Virus record (IMG/VR): IMGVR_UViG_3300045541_000131
Span: 1-64,000 of that record
Strand: one strand, 5' to 3'
Length of the DNA stretch: 64,000 nt
Origin: a virus
Positions 29,484 through 39,691 of this stretch are shown here, piece after piece. Each line of letters opens with the position of its first letter. Positions within the stretch are counted from its first letter, which is position 1. Both the position numbers and the translations under genes were made by a program. The notes below the pieces were generated by a model. That model was not told the origin of the DNA. It searched no databases and worked only from the letters and a program-made list of their open reading frames with translations.

Positions 29484-29864
29484 ATGGCAATTAGCGACAA
29501 TTGGCAAAAAGCAACAAAAACAAGTACATTAGGTACACCTCAATTGACTTATCTTGTGGTAGAGCACAATGACGGTTCATGGGATGACGGTTCAGGCAAT
29601 CATGCTGAGTCAAACAGCGAATTCGCTCAAGCAATATTACTGCTACAAAGCAGAGGTATTGACATGTACGATATCGGCGAGGTCAATGATACTAGTCGTT
29701 TTACTGCGGCTGTTCGTGCTAGTTCTGTACCATTTGCAGCTGGCGAATCTGCAGGTAACGGCGCTCAAAATTCAATATTAACAACTTTCCTCAGCGACGA
29801 GCTAGGTTTTAGTGTTACTGTTTGGAACGCAAAGTTAGGTTCTGACGATATTCGCTACGATTAA
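29484..29864 (+). CDS. hypothetical (possibly virion) protein
   Basis: TATAAATA upstream, RBS, downstream terminator. Confidence 0.65.
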   Translation: MAISDNWQKATKTSTLGTPQLTYLVVEHNDGSWDDGSGNHAESNSEFAQAILLLQSRGIDMYDIGEVNDTSRFTAAVRASSVPFAAGESAGNGAQNSILTTFLSDELGFSVTVWNAKLGSDDIRYD

Positions 29865-29887
29865 TCAGCGAATTTAACTACTCACAC

Positions 29888-29915
29888 AAAGGCGCAATTC
29901 ACCTTGCGCCTTTTG
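29888..29915 (+). terminator. intrinsic terminator
   Basis: aaaggcgcaa-ttcacc-ttgcgcctttt. Confidence 0.8.
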
Positions 29916-29947
29916 TTTTGGCTAAATATTACTAATGGAGAGTTATC

Positions 29948-30127
29948 ATGGCAAAGATACATGAAGAAATAATAGTAATCAAATTAAGCAAACTAGTGAA
30001 AGATTCGCAGGCCGTTGACGCAGGTTCTATAGCCAACGACGAAGTAGCAGCAGGACTAGAAGCAGTAGTACAAGAGCTAGTAGGTTCTGATGTAATTGTA
30101 GAGGTAGCAACAGAAAATGGCAACTAA
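29948..30127 (+). CDS. small hypothetical protein (59 aa, not in ORF track)
   Basis: GGAG RBS; MAKIHEEIIVIKLSKLVKD...; TAAATA upstream. Confidence 0.65.
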   Translation: MAKIHEEIIVIKLSKLVKDSQAVDAGSIANDEVAAGLEAVVQELVGSDVIVEVATENGN

Positions 30128-30488
30128 TTTAAGCACTGTTACTATGATGATTGGTAACGGTCAAAACGATCAACTTAGCGACCCTGCTCGCGGCGACGGT
30201 TATTATGGCTATAGAGAAGGCTATCAAACAATGGCAGTACAGTTTGATAACTTTGTTGGCAGAATACAAATCGAAGCTACTTTAGAGCTAGAACCCACAA
30301 GTGCTGACTGGTTTCCCATTTGGTTAACACCTAGTCATTCATATAAAGAATATAATACTGCAAAAACAGGCACAGAAGCTTTTACTTTTAGAGGCAATTT
30401 CGTTTTACTAAGATTTAGAAAAGAACGCAGTTATTTGAACACAACATCGCCAGTAGGTGATATTACCAAAGTTATGTTGAGTGTATAA
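30117..30488 (+). CDS. hypothetical structural protein
   Basis: GDGYYG...F.GRIQIEATL...DWF...FRGNFV. Confidence 0.65.
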   Translation: MATNLSTVTMMIGNGQNDQLSDPARGDGYYGYREGYQTMAVQFDNFVGRIQIEATLELEPTSADWFPIWLTPSHSYKEYNTAKTGTEAFTFRGNFVLLRFRKERSYLNTTSPVGDITKVMLSV

Positions 30489-30490
30489 AC

Positions 30491-33400
30491 ATGGCAATTT
30501 ACGTAGATAATTTGGGTGATAGCAATCTCCCAGTAACACTAAACAATCCACAAGAAGGCGAAAGCCTTGTATGGGATGAAACTGCTGGCGCATTTGTTAA
30601 TGCTCCAAGTAGTGCCAGTCCTGAAGTCATACAAGACACAGTAGCTGACATGCTGGAAGTTGATCCTGATGGCACACAAGTTGCCCTAAGATTGGTCAGC
30701 ACCTATGACGACGTAACTGGTAAGCTAACTTTTAATGTAGTAGCTGATCCTGGATCAACTGGTGGCAGCGGTACTGGCGGCGTAGTAGTTAAAGAAAATG
30801 GTGCTACTCGTGGCACAGCAACTACGCTAGACTTCAATGGTGCTAGTGTAAGTTTTGCTGGCGGCACAGCAACAATAACAGGCCTTTTAGATAGCATTGG
30901 TATTAAAGACACTGGCGTAAACGTTGGTGATGTTCAAAATTTCGACTTCCGTGGATTTGACCTAAGCGTCAGTGGAGATACTGTTACTGTTAATGCTCCA
31001 GACCTAACTGGTATTATCAGCAGCATCGAAGTTCAGCAAGGCGGCGTTGTTAAAGGCGATGTAACTAAACTTAACTTCAGTGGTGCTACAGTTGGAGTAG
31101 CAGGTGACACAGCAACTATTACAATTACAGGCGGCGGAAGTGGCGGTGGCGCTACTACTCTAGACGAGCTAACTGATGTTGTACTAAGCAGTGTTACTAC
31201 TGGTCAAGTTCTTAAATTCAATGGTACCAATTGGGTCAATGCTGCTGATAACGCAGGTTCAACAATTACCAGCTTAGATGATATTGGAGATGTCGATCTA
31301 ACTGGCATTACTTCAGGTAAAATATTAGGATGGGACGGTGCCAAATGGGTTCCCGTTAGTAATTCCGGCTCAACAGGTCCACAAGGTCCAGCTGGTGCTC
31401 AAGGTCCAGCTGGTGCAACAGTAAGTTCTGCCAGCGTTAGCGGCGGCACATTGACATTAACTCTTAGCGATGGATCTAGTGTTACTGTTAGCGGAAGTGT
31501 AGCAGGACCACAAGGCCCGCAAGGTATTCAAGGTGCTACCGGTGCTACTGGTGCGGCAGGTGTTAGTGTTACTTCTGCCACTGTAAGTGTCACTGGAAGA
31601 TTATTAATTACACTAAGCAGTGGCTCGGTTGTAGACGCAGGAAGTGTTGCAGGTATCAGCAGCGCCACTGTAAATGGCAGCGGTGATTTAATATTAACCA
31701 AGCAAGATGGCACAACAATCAACGCAGGCAGTGTAATTGGTCCTCAGGGCCCGCAGGGTATTCAGGGTGCTACTGGCGCCACTGGTGCAGCAGGTCCGCA
31801 AGGTATTAGTGTTAACAATGCTATTGTTGATGGCAGTGGTAACCTAGTAATTTATACAGATGACGGCAATAGCTTTAATGCTGGCAGCGTAGTTGGTCCA
31901 CAAGGTCCAACAGGTGCTACTGGTGCTACTGGTGAATATATCACTGGTGCTACAGTTAACGGCAGCGGTCAATTAGTAATCACAACTAATGCCAGCAATA
32001 CTATTACTGCTGGCAGTGTTATTGGACCAGCTGGTCCGACTGGTCCAACAGGTGCTACTGGTGCTGCTGCTACTATTACAGTTGGCACAGTTACAACTGG
32101 CGCGGAAGGTTCCAGTGTTATTGTTACAAACAGCGGAACAAGTGGCGCTGCGGTTTTAGACTTTACAATCCCCAAAGGCGACACAGGTCCAGCATTCAGT
32201 TTAAACAGCAAAACCAGTAGTGTAAATGTATTAGGTATTGGCAATACTACAGTTGCCGGTTACGATTTAGAAGTTGATACTGCTAATAAATGGCGTACTG
32301 CTCGCAGTTTAAGTTTAACAGGTAAAGTTACTGGTCTTGCTACTGGTATCGATGGTAGCGGAAATATCAGCTTAACTACAAGCCTAAGCGGTGTTACTAC
32401 TGACGATGTAACCGAAGGTACAAATCAATATCATACAACTGCAAGAGCCCGTGCTAGTGTTAGTGCTAATACATTAAGTGGTATTACATATAACAGCACC
32501 ACTGGTGTGTTTAGTTTAAGCAGTATTCCTACAGGTAGTTTGGCCGCAAGCTCAATAACTATTAACGGTACAAGTATTACACTAGGTGGCAGTGGTACAC
32601 TTACTACCAGCAACATCACCGAAGGTTCAAATCAATATTTTACCAATGCTAGAGCAGATGCTCGTGCTGATGTAAGAATTGCTGCCAGCAGCATTAATGC
32701 ATTGCAAGACGTCGACACAGCAACTACATTACCTACATCAGGACAGGCACTTGTTTGGGACGGTACTGTTTGGAAACCAGGTACAGTTGCAGGCGGTGGC
32801 AGTAGCGGTATTAGCAATATCAACGGTTATAGTACTAGCACAGTAACTTTAGTAACAGATGATATTGCCGAAGATGGCAGTCCAAATAACAAATGGTTTA
32901 CAGATGCTCGCGCTCGTGCTGCTATAAGTGCAGGCGGAAACCTAAGCTACAACAGTACAACTGGTGTAATGAGTTACACTACACCAACAACCGATGGAGT
33001 AAGTGAAGGTAGCACAAACTTATACTATACCACAGCACGCTTCGATACTCGCTTAGGTCAAAGTAATCTAAGTCAATTGGCTGATGTGGCTGACACTGCT
33101 GCAACAGCAGGACAAGTTCTTGCTTGGAATGCCAGCACCAGTCGTTGGACACCAAGTTCTACAGCAGGCGGTGGTGGTACAACACTAGAGCGTTTAGCAG
33201 TTCAGGTAGATTATGATGCCAGCGGTAACTTAACTAGTGTTACTGTGTTAAATGGCAGCGGTAGTGCTACAATTACTGCTGCCACTGCTGCTACTGCCGA
33301 AGTTGAATTTACCTTAACAGGATTTAGTGCGCCACCTATGTCTACAGTAGTTTATGGTTATCAGCGGGCCAGCAACGTTTATGCGATGCGACATGTTGAC

Positions 33401-33583
33401 AATGCAACATGGACAACAAAACGATTTGCAGCTGGCGGCACTTCGGGTAGCCCTACAATGTGGAGCAGTTGGGATCCGACTGTACATAAGCTAACATTAA
33501 CTTTAACTAGATCGGTTACATTAGCCAGCGCAGGTGTTGGTCAAACAACTCATTGTGTGGTACAAATTACTGGGGTTGCTTAA
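30491..33583 (+). CDS. collagen-repeat tail fibre / virion appendage protein
   Basis: Several Gly-X-Y runs; GQVLKFNGTNW-type repeats; TEG.TN.Y.T.ARA repeats. Confidence 0.85.
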   Translation: MAIYVDNLGDSNLPVTLNNPQEGESLVWDETAGAFVNAPSSASPEVIQDTVADMLEVDPDGTQVALRLVSTYDDVTGKLTFNVVADPGSTGGSGTGGVVVKENGATRGTATTLDFNGASVSFAGGTATITGLLDSIGIKDTGVNVGDVQNFDFRGFDLSVSGDTVTVNAPDLTGIISSIEVQQGGVVKGDVTKLNFSGATVGVAGDTATITITGGGSGGGATTLDELTDVVLSSVTTGQVLKFNGTNWVNAADNAGSTITSLDDIGDVDLTGITSGKILGWDGAKWVPVSNSGSTGPQGPAGAQGPAGATVSSASVSGGTLTLTLSDGSSVTVSGSVAGPQGPQGIQGATGATGAAGVSVTSATVSVTGRLLITLSSGSVVDAGSVAGISSATVNGSGDLILTKQDGTTINAGSVIGPQGPQGIQGATGATGAAGPQGISVNNAIVDGSGNLVIYTDDGNSFNAGSVVGPQGPTGATGATGEYITGATVNGSGQLVITTNASNTITAGSVIGPAGPTGPTGATGAAATITVGTVTTGAEGSSVIVTNSGTSGAAVLDFTIPKGDTGPAFSLNSKTSSVNVLGIGNTTVAGYDLEVDTANKWRTARSLSLTGKVTGLATGIDGSGNISLTTSLSGVTTDDVTEGTNQYHTTARARASVSANTLSGITYNSTTGVFSLSSIPTGSLAASSITINGTSITLGGSGTLTTSNITEGSNQYFTNARADARADVRIAASSINALQDVDTATTLPTSGQALVWDGTVWKPGTVAGGGSSGISNINGYSTSTVTLVTDDIAEDGSPNNKWFTDARARAAISAGGNLSYNSTTGVMSYTTPTTDGVSEGSTNLYYTTARFDTRLGQSNLSQLADVADTAATAGQVLAWNASTSRWTPSSTAGGGGTTLERLAVQVDYDASGNLTSVTVLNGSGSATITAATAATAEVEFTLTGFSAPPMSTVVYGYQRASNVYAMRHVDNATWTTKRFAAGGTSGSPTMWSSWDPTVHKLTLTLTRSVTLASAGVGQTTHCVVQITGVA

Positions 33584-35589
33584 TGACTATTAGTGCGTGG
33601 AAGACCAGTTTTATAGGACTTAGCAAGCCACCTAAGGTACTTGGTGCCACAGTATCTGCTAGTGAAAACTTAGAACTGTGGCCTTACGCCCTGGGAACAG
33701 ATGATCCTTATTGGTCTGGCGGTGTTAACCCGCTGCCTTATAGATATAAAATGACTTTTTCTTTTATTGATCAAGGTCATGGTAGTCATTTAACTAGAAC
33801 ACCTTTTTTATACAACGCTCAAGATATCGAAGTAGGCGACTTTGTTGCTGGTGCCGACGATGGTAAAGTGTTGCAAGTAATGAGTATAATCAGTAAGGAT
33901 GATTATAATCTAGTGGCCATAGTCGAAGACCGACTTCGTTATAATGTATACAAAACTGGTTCTAGTATTTTTAACGTTCCAGGTAACGTAATCTTTTTCC
34001 AAATTAACGAACTAGGTGTCCCGATGTTGGACCCATTGCCAGGAACGGCCGGCTCGACTTTTTATGCTAACGTAATGAGCAGATTTCAGTACATGAATCC
34101 GTTAACAAATTATGTACTAGAAAAAACAGCACATGGTTTTGAAAAAGGCGATGCTATTTGTATAGAAGGCGGAGAGTTTGTTCTCAGTGATCCCGACAAT
34201 ATTACAAAATTTATTGGTACAGTAGTCGAGCCCGGCCCAGGTCCAGATCAATTTATTCTAAGACCTGCCAATGGTATCATCGACTTTGTACCAGGCTTAC
34301 CAGGTAATGTAGGCGACTACATATATCCAAAGATTGATGGTTCTGGTGATTTGACTACCAACGATGAAAGTCAGCGACCAATTTTTATGAAAGTCGCTGA
34401 TGCTATTTCCACATATACTATCGGCAGTAACCTAGACCCCACTGGCATAGACGGGGATGTAGTTGAGATAAATAAAATTCAAGTTACATTAAGCAGCGGC
34501 AGCGGAACTTACACGTTAACAGATGCTATCACAGACATTAACGCATTAACTTCCGATCATAAATTAACTGCTGACGCTGTTAACGGAGCTACGAGTGTAA
34601 TCAGTGACTTTATTGGTGTTGGAAGTGCGTATGGTGTGGTCGCTGGTTACACTCCCTTTTCTGCTAGTATCAACGGCGTAACAATAAACTTTACAACAAC
34701 TACCAGCGGTAGTGTAGCCTTCGGTGATCCCGCTGTAGCCAATGCTAGCGACATGGCTGAAGACATTAATGCTGCCAAGATTCCCAACATAAATGCCAGT
34801 GTATCAGGCGCAGGAGAACTTGTTCTTATTAACTCAATAGGAACTGCCATAACTATTGTTAATATCACTAACGATGCTAACGGAACTCCATGGGCTGGCG
34901 CGAACAGTTTATCAAGTTTAGCATTGAATACCGCCGCTAACACAACTAACTTTGTTTTACGCCTACAGCGATTAGACGGTGGGCCAATGACATTGCGTGA
35001 CGTACAAGGACAATTCTTTACCACCGCCGGTGTAATCAGCGGTCAGAATGGTCGTTATGCTCTTGGACTTTACATTGAACAAGGTCTTCGCAGTAGTAAA
35101 ACAACAATGGTAGCTAATATTGCTGCCAGAAATGCCTTATATCCTTTGCCTGGAGATCAAGCGTATGTGATTGATGATGGCAATGGCGAATGGGCAGTAT
35201 TTTTATATGACGGAGCATCTTGGCAGCGTGTATCTAATCAGCGCAGCGACGCTACAGATGCCAGAACTTATACTACTGAATTTGATTTGAGTAGTATAAC
35301 ATCAACTGGCATTGTTCGACAAAGCCTAGGTCATATAAGTGCTGGCCGAACAGTTATTAGCGCAAAAGTTCTAGTCACTGGTGTATGTCCTGCAGGAACA
35401 ACAATTACAGTTGGAACTGATACATCTCCAAATGAATTTTTTGAAGAAAATGATGCTATCTTAACTCAATCTGGACAATATAACACTACGCCAGATTATC
35501 GAACAAACACATACACAGAGGTTGTAGCCGAATTAAATCTGCCCACACTGGGCATCGGCTATGTAACAGTTATATTAACTTATGTTTAA
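33583..35589 (+). CDS. large structural protein (tail/baseplate-associated)
   Basis: Gly/Thr/Ser-rich, beta-rich sequence; TAATG coupling to the fibre gene. Confidence 0.65.
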   Translation: MTISAWKTSFIGLSKPPKVLGATVSASENLELWPYALGTDDPYWSGGVNPLPYRYKMTFSFIDQGHGSHLTRTPFLYNAQDIEVGDFVAGADDGKVLQVMSIISKDDYNLVAIVEDRLRYNVYKTGSSIFNVPGNVIFFQINELGVPMLDPLPGTAGSTFYANVMSRFQYMNPLTNYVLEKTAHGFEKGDAICIEGGEFVLSDPDNITKFIGTVVEPGPGPDQFILRPANGIIDFVPGLPGNVGDYIYPKIDGSGDLTTNDESQRPIFMKVADAISTYTIGSNLDPTGIDGDVVEINKIQVTLSSGSGTYTLTDAITDINALTSDHKLTADAVNGATSVISDFIGVGSAYGVVAGYTPFSASINGVTINFTTTTSGSVAFGDPAVANASDMAEDINAAKIPNINASVSGAGELVLINSIGTAITIVNITNDANGTPWAGANSLSSLALNTAANTTNFVLRLQRLDGGPMTLRDVQGQFFTTAGVISGQNGRYALGLYIEQGLRSSKTTMVANIAARNALYPLPGDQAYVIDDGNGEWAVFLYDGASWQRVSNQRSDATDARTYTTEFDLSSITSTGIVRQSLGHISAGRTVISAKVLVTGVCPAGTTITVGTDTSPNEFFEENDAILTQSGQYNTTPDYRTNTYTEVVAELNLPTLGIGYVTVILTYV

Positions 35590-35601
35590 GGAAGAATAAA
35601 A

Positions 35602-36102
35602 ATGCCTAAATTAGATGAAGACGATTTCGTAGACCCAGGTAATTTACCTCCTATTGCAGGACCAAAAAATCCTCCTCCAGCCGGACTTGCTAGTCCTAGT
35701 GGTATGGGCGGTGGTATGAGCATGGGCGGTGGTTTTGGTAGTGGCACAACAAACATTGGCCAACAATTTAACGCTGCACCACAAATGGATCGCAATGCTG
35801 GTGGTGCTAACGCTGCACAAGGTGCTGATGTTTTAGTTAAACACAGCAAAGAAAGCGAAGACTGGATTAACAAAAAATGGCGTCCAGTAATGGGTTGGGT
35901 ATATATGGCTACATGTACCGCCGACTTTGTGTTATTCCCTGTTCTATGGAGTGCATTACAGGCACTTAGCCATGGTTCAGTAAATACACAATGGAATCCA
36001 ATTACGCTACAAGGTGCTGGACTTTACCATATTGCCATGGGTGCCGTACTTGGTATTGCAGCCTACGGTCGTACTAAAGAGAAACTTGAAAGCAAGCAAT
36101 AA
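35602..36102 (+). CDS. holin-like protein (3TM GTA-holin family)
   Basis: WINKKWRPVMGWVY...MGAVLGIAAYGRTKEK. Confidence 0.7.
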   Translation: MPKLDEDDFVDPGNLPPIAGPKNPPPAGLASPSGMGGGMSMGGGFGSGTTNIGQQFNAAPQMDRNAGGANAAQGADVLVKHSKESEDWINKKWRPVMGWVYMATCTADFVLFPVLWSALQALSHGSVNTQWNPITLQGAGLYHIAMGAVLGIAAYGRTKEKLESKQ

Positions 36103-36110
36103 CTACTATT

Positions 36111-36458
36111 ATGATTATAGAAGAATTTCAACACTATTTTAGAATTTGCATGGGTCGAACCATTACTGGCGAAGAGGCTAGGTTATACCTCTTCGCTGTC
36201 AATGACCACGCAGATGTCGAAGCAGACGCAGAAGATGTCGTCATGGTTTATCATTTGGACGAAGAAACAGGTGCTCATTGTTACGATGTTCGTTTATCCA
36301 AAGATATTACTGGCGAACAAGGCGATCAAATTATCGCAGGCCTGGAAGAAATTTTCCCAACCGATGATTTCACCGCAGAAAGTAGTATGGATTCTGTCAG
36401 CGAAAACCAATATTTGAACCAAGCCATTTTAGTTAAACTTGGGGAAAAATTGGTTTAA
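36111..36458 (+). CDS. hypothetical acidic protein
   Basis: ORF. Confidence 0.55.
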   Translation: MIIEEFQHYFRICMGRTITGEEARLYLFAVNDHADVEADAEDVVMVYHLDEETGAHCYDVRLSKDITGEQGDQIIAGLEEIFPTDDFTAESSMDSVSENQYLNQAILVKLGEKLV

Positions 36459-36464
36459 GTTAAA

Positions 36465-36493
36465 TTGACTGTATTTGTTTAGTCATGTATAAT
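36465..36493 (+). promoter_or_regulatory. sigma70-type promoter (leaderless mRNA likely)
   Basis: TTGACT-17nt-TATAAT; ATG at 36500. Confidence 0.8.
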
Positions 36494-36499
36494 AAGTGC

Positions 36500-37516
36500 A
36501 TGACTAAACGAATTGGTTTTGCTTGCAAGTGGATTGACCACCCACATCAAGTTAATGGTATCAAGCCTAAAGATGATTGCAAGCGGTACAACACTGGTAC
36601 TACAACAATCACCTGGCTAAATAGACAAAGCCGGGAAGTTGCTGAACAAAAACTGTGGGACTTAATGAAGTCCAACATCGAAGCAACAAGGCTTTTGGTA
36701 GAACGAGTAGGTAGTTTAGATGAAAATCTTCGCATGGTGCGTATTAGCAGTGATCTTCTTCCTGCTTATACTGAGCCCAAATGGAGTTACTTCTGGCGTC
36801 AGCCTGATGTTGTCCGCTATTGTGAGCATCATTTTCATCGCATTGGGACTTGGGCTCGGAGTAATAATACTAGGCTTAGTTTTCATCCTGGCCAGTTTTG
36901 TGTACTTGCTAGTGAAAATCCTGATATCGTTAATCGTTCAATAGAGGAGTTTGAATATCATGTGGATATGGCCCGTTGGATGGGATACGGCAAGGAATTT
37001 CAGGACTTTAAAATCAACGTCCATATCTCGGGTAGAGCCGGTCCAGCGGGTATCCGACAAGCCCTACAACGCATGTCCCCCGAAGCAAGAAACTGCATCA
37101 CAATCGAAAACGAAGAAATGGCCTGGGGACTCGACAGCACGCTCGAGCTCGCCGGGGATCTCGCTTTGGTGCTAGACATCCACCATCATTGGATTAAAAC
37201 CGGAGAATACATTGAAGCTAGCGATGATCGTATTAAAAGGATTATTGATAGTTGGCGCGGCGTTCGTCCTGTTATACATTACAGCGTTAGTCGTGAAGAT
37301 GTACTCGAAAGCCATGACGCCTCTAATCTTCCACTCATGGAGTCTCTGCTAAAGTCAGGTTACAAAAAAGCCAAACTGCGAGCACACAGCGACTTCTATT
37401 GGAACGATGCTGTCAATCAGTGGGCATTGACACACAATGACTGGGCAGATATAATGTGCGAAAGCAAGGGAAAGAATCTAGCTAGTTTTGAACTGGCTAA
37501 AATGTTAAATGACTGA
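36500..37516 (+). CDS. uvsE: UV damage endonuclease (UvdE/UvsE)
   Basis: RIGFAC, RISS, HPGQF.VL.S, IENEE, LDIHHH, AHSD, MCESKGK. Confidence 0.92.
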   Translation: MTKRIGFACKWIDHPHQVNGIKPKDDCKRYNTGTTTITWLNRQSREVAEQKLWDLMKSNIEATRLLVERVGSLDENLRMVRISSDLLPAYTEPKWSYFWRQPDVVRYCEHHFHRIGTWARSNNTRLSFHPGQFCVLASENPDIVNRSIEEFEYHVDMARWMGYGKEFQDFKINVHISGRAGPAGIRQALQRMSPEARNCITIENEEMAWGLDSTLELAGDLALVLDIHHHWIKTGEYIEASDDRIKRIIDSWRGVRPVIHYSVSREDVLESHDASNLPLMESLLKSGYKKAKLRAHSDFYWNDAVNQWALTHNDWADIMCESKGKNLASFELAKMLND

Positions 37517-37649
37517 TCAAGAGCTGATACAGTTGTACGAAGAAATGAAACAAGTGTTCGGAGACAAACTGCCCAACCCCGAGCACCATCCACTTGTCTT
37601 TGCATATTATCTCAGGCTTTATCTTTACACCAAAACACACGGCTATTAA
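37509..37649 (+). CDS. small hypothetical protein (46 aa, not in ORF track)
   Basis: MTDQELIQLYEEM...LPNPEHHP; overlaps the uvsE stop. Confidence 0.5.
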   Translation: MTDQELIQLYEEMKQVFGDKLPNPEHHPLVFAYYLRLYLYTKTHGY

Positions 37650-37651
37650 CA

Positions 37652-38260
37652 ATGAGTATTTTTAAAAATTTGACTTTTTCTTTTGATGATTTAGATCGAC
37701 CCTCGTTTTCAAAAATAAGTTCACCAATAACCCTTCAAGACATTGTTAATACAATCTACAATGGCATCGACGGCGGGCCATGGATCGCAGGCGGCATGGG
37801 TCGTCAGATGGTATTGGGAGAAACAGATTTCAATGACATCGATGTATGGTTTAAAAATCCCATTCAATTCGAGCAATTAAAAGCAAGATTGCAGGAAAAG
37901 TATGGAAACACAATGTATGAAACTTATGCCAGCGACAATGCCATTACCTACAACATCGGCGATGTTAAAGTTCAATTGATTAGACGCAAGTGGTATAATA
38001 GCCTAGAGGATGTGTTTAAGGATTTTGATTTTACCTGCTGTCAGGTTGCTGTTGACCAAAACATGCAACCTTATGGGCCGGGTATCGAAGATGCTAAAAA
38101 TTACAAGTTAGTTGTTAATCGGTTAGACACTAAAGGATTTTTAGCTCGTTACAGCAAATATGTCAGTTATGGATATGTTATGAATCCTGAGGACTTTGTC
38201 AAAGTTCTAGAACAAGAGGAAATCAATTATGAATTCGATGGCTCAGTTTTCGGATACTGA
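37652..38260 (+). CDS. nucleotidyltransferase (PolyA polymerase/CCA head-like)
   Basis: WIAGG...DIDVWF...FDFTCCQ. Confidence 0.75.
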   Translation: MSIFKNLTFSFDDLDRPSFSKISSPITLQDIVNTIYNGIDGGPWIAGGMGRQMVLGETDFNDIDVWFKNPIQFEQLKARLQEKYGNTMYETYASDNAITYNIGDVKVQLIRRKWYNSLEDVFKDFDFTCCQVAVDQNMQPYGPGIEDAKNYKLVVNRLDTKGFLARYSKYVSYGYVMNPEDFVKVLEQEEINYEFDGSVFGY

Positions 38261-38609
38261 TTATAATCAAGCATTACTGGTTAGTCGACTCAGTGGGTTG
38301 CCAGTAAATGTTTCTGACGATGTATTTGTATGGAATGATAAAATCATCGACAGAGCCACTGCTATTGTGGCTTTGTTAAAAGTTTATAATCAAGTACCTG
38401 TCGGCGACAATGCTAAACGGCGTCTTTATAAACAATATCAAAAAAAGTTTAAAGCAGTTTGTAAAGAAAAAACATTTTTAGTTGCTAATGAAGAGCATGC
38501 AGACTCTGGAAATATTTGGTTCTATCAAGTTTGCAAACGCATTCAAAAGTCTGCCGCTACAAGAACTAATGAAGAGATTAAAAATATTCTCATCAGCTTA
38601 CACAGGTAA
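38229..38609 (+). CDS. hypothetical protein
   Basis: ORF. Confidence 0.55.
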   Translation: MNSMAQFSDTDYNQALLVSRLSGLPVNVSDDVFVWNDKIIDRATAIVALLKVYNQVPVGDNAKRRLYKQYQKKFKAVCKEKTFLVANEEHADSGNIWFYQVCKRIQKSAATRTNEEIKNILISLHR

Positions 38610-39545
38610 TGGATCAGAGTAAGGTGTTTCAAAAATTACCATACGAAGTTTAAAATCATAATTATAAAAATCCAAGCCTGAATATTTCATGTAGTCGTCA
38701 ATGGAGCGAACGGTTCCTAGTCCATACGGAGCAGCTAGTTGATTTCGAACTAACTTGCTGATATGTTCCTTAGCTTCTTGTTGAATTTTTTCAGTGTGGC
38801 CTGGAGCATAGTCTCTTTGAACTACGCCGCCGTATGATTTGTCCCAGCAATGATTTAAGGGAATTTTGGACAAGTGAAAGATATTATATCCGCTTGTCCA
38901 TGCCCGCATGCTGATTATAATTTCTTCGCCCCCAAAAAACACTGCGTCATCGTAGGGAACTTCTTTGACTAAACTTGCATCGGAAAACATAAAACATGCA
39001 CCAATGTGGTAACCATGTACTATATTATGAATTGTGGGTGTAAAGTTTCCTACTGGGGGATGAAAACCATTTAACGAAAATAAATGATTTCGTTCTTCTA
39101 AATTTAAAATCGAACAGATAGTATTTGGCACAAGCGGCTGTTTTACAAAAGTTTCAGGGTTAAAGCTGTTTGGGTATCCAGTTAATATTGGCTTGGAATG
39201 ATACTTCTTTATTTCATTCAAATGATTTATCAAAGTTTGATCCCACGCATCATCAAACAGTGTATGAGCGTCGATCTGCAAAAAATAGCTTTCGTCGCTG
39301 ACCATTTTTTGAATATTTTTTCTTGCCCAGCAAACTCCTTTGGTTGATTTTGGGTCGACGTTGGCATAAATTATTTGCTTTCGAAAATCAAATTGATTTA
39401 GATTTAATTTTTCGTTGTCATTGGCTTGCTCAAATACACCAAAAACTAAACTATCTTTGAATTTGGCTTTATTATAAGCGTCATTGATTGTTGTTGCTAA
39501 TAATTTGTCTCGATATGATGCAATGCTAATGAAGATTTTATCCAT
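38598..39545 (-). CDS. GlcNAc-transferase (Skp1 hydroxyproline GlcNAc-T / GT60-like)
   Basis: IFISIASYRD, GVCWAR, LQIDAHTLF...WD, GEE...RAWTSGY; TAAATA directly upstream of ATG 39545. Confidence 0.8.
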   Translation of the reverse strand: MDKIFISIASYRDKLLATTINDAYNKAKFKDSLVFGVFEQANDNEKLNLNQFDFRKQIIYANVDPKSTKGVCWARKNIQKMVSDESYFLQIDAHTLFDDAWDQTLINHLNEIKKYHSKPILTGYPNSFNPETFVKQPLVPNTICSILNLEERNHLFSLNGFHPPVGNFTPTIHNIVHGYHIGACFMFSDASLVKEVPYDDAVFFGGEEIIISMRAWTSGYNIFHLSKIPLNHCWDKSYGGVVQRDYAPGHTEKIQQEAKEHISKLVRNQLAAPYGLGTVRSIDDYMKYSGLDFYNYDFKLRMVIFETPYSDPLPV

Positions 39546-39691
39546 GTTGATATTTATGAGGTTTTCCAAAACTCAGAAAAAACTGCGGAAAAATGCTGCG
39601 GTGCCACATAATTTCTGTTATAATCGCTAAATAGTAATATGCGATGCTCCAAAGAGGTCGCCAGTAAACTTGCTTATTAAAGGAGAAAACT

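Noticed and set aside
31375-32070. GC-rich repeats as a mobile or DGR element
   Set aside because: Explained by Gly-X-Y collagen coding; no reverse transcriptase or template/variable repeat pair seen.
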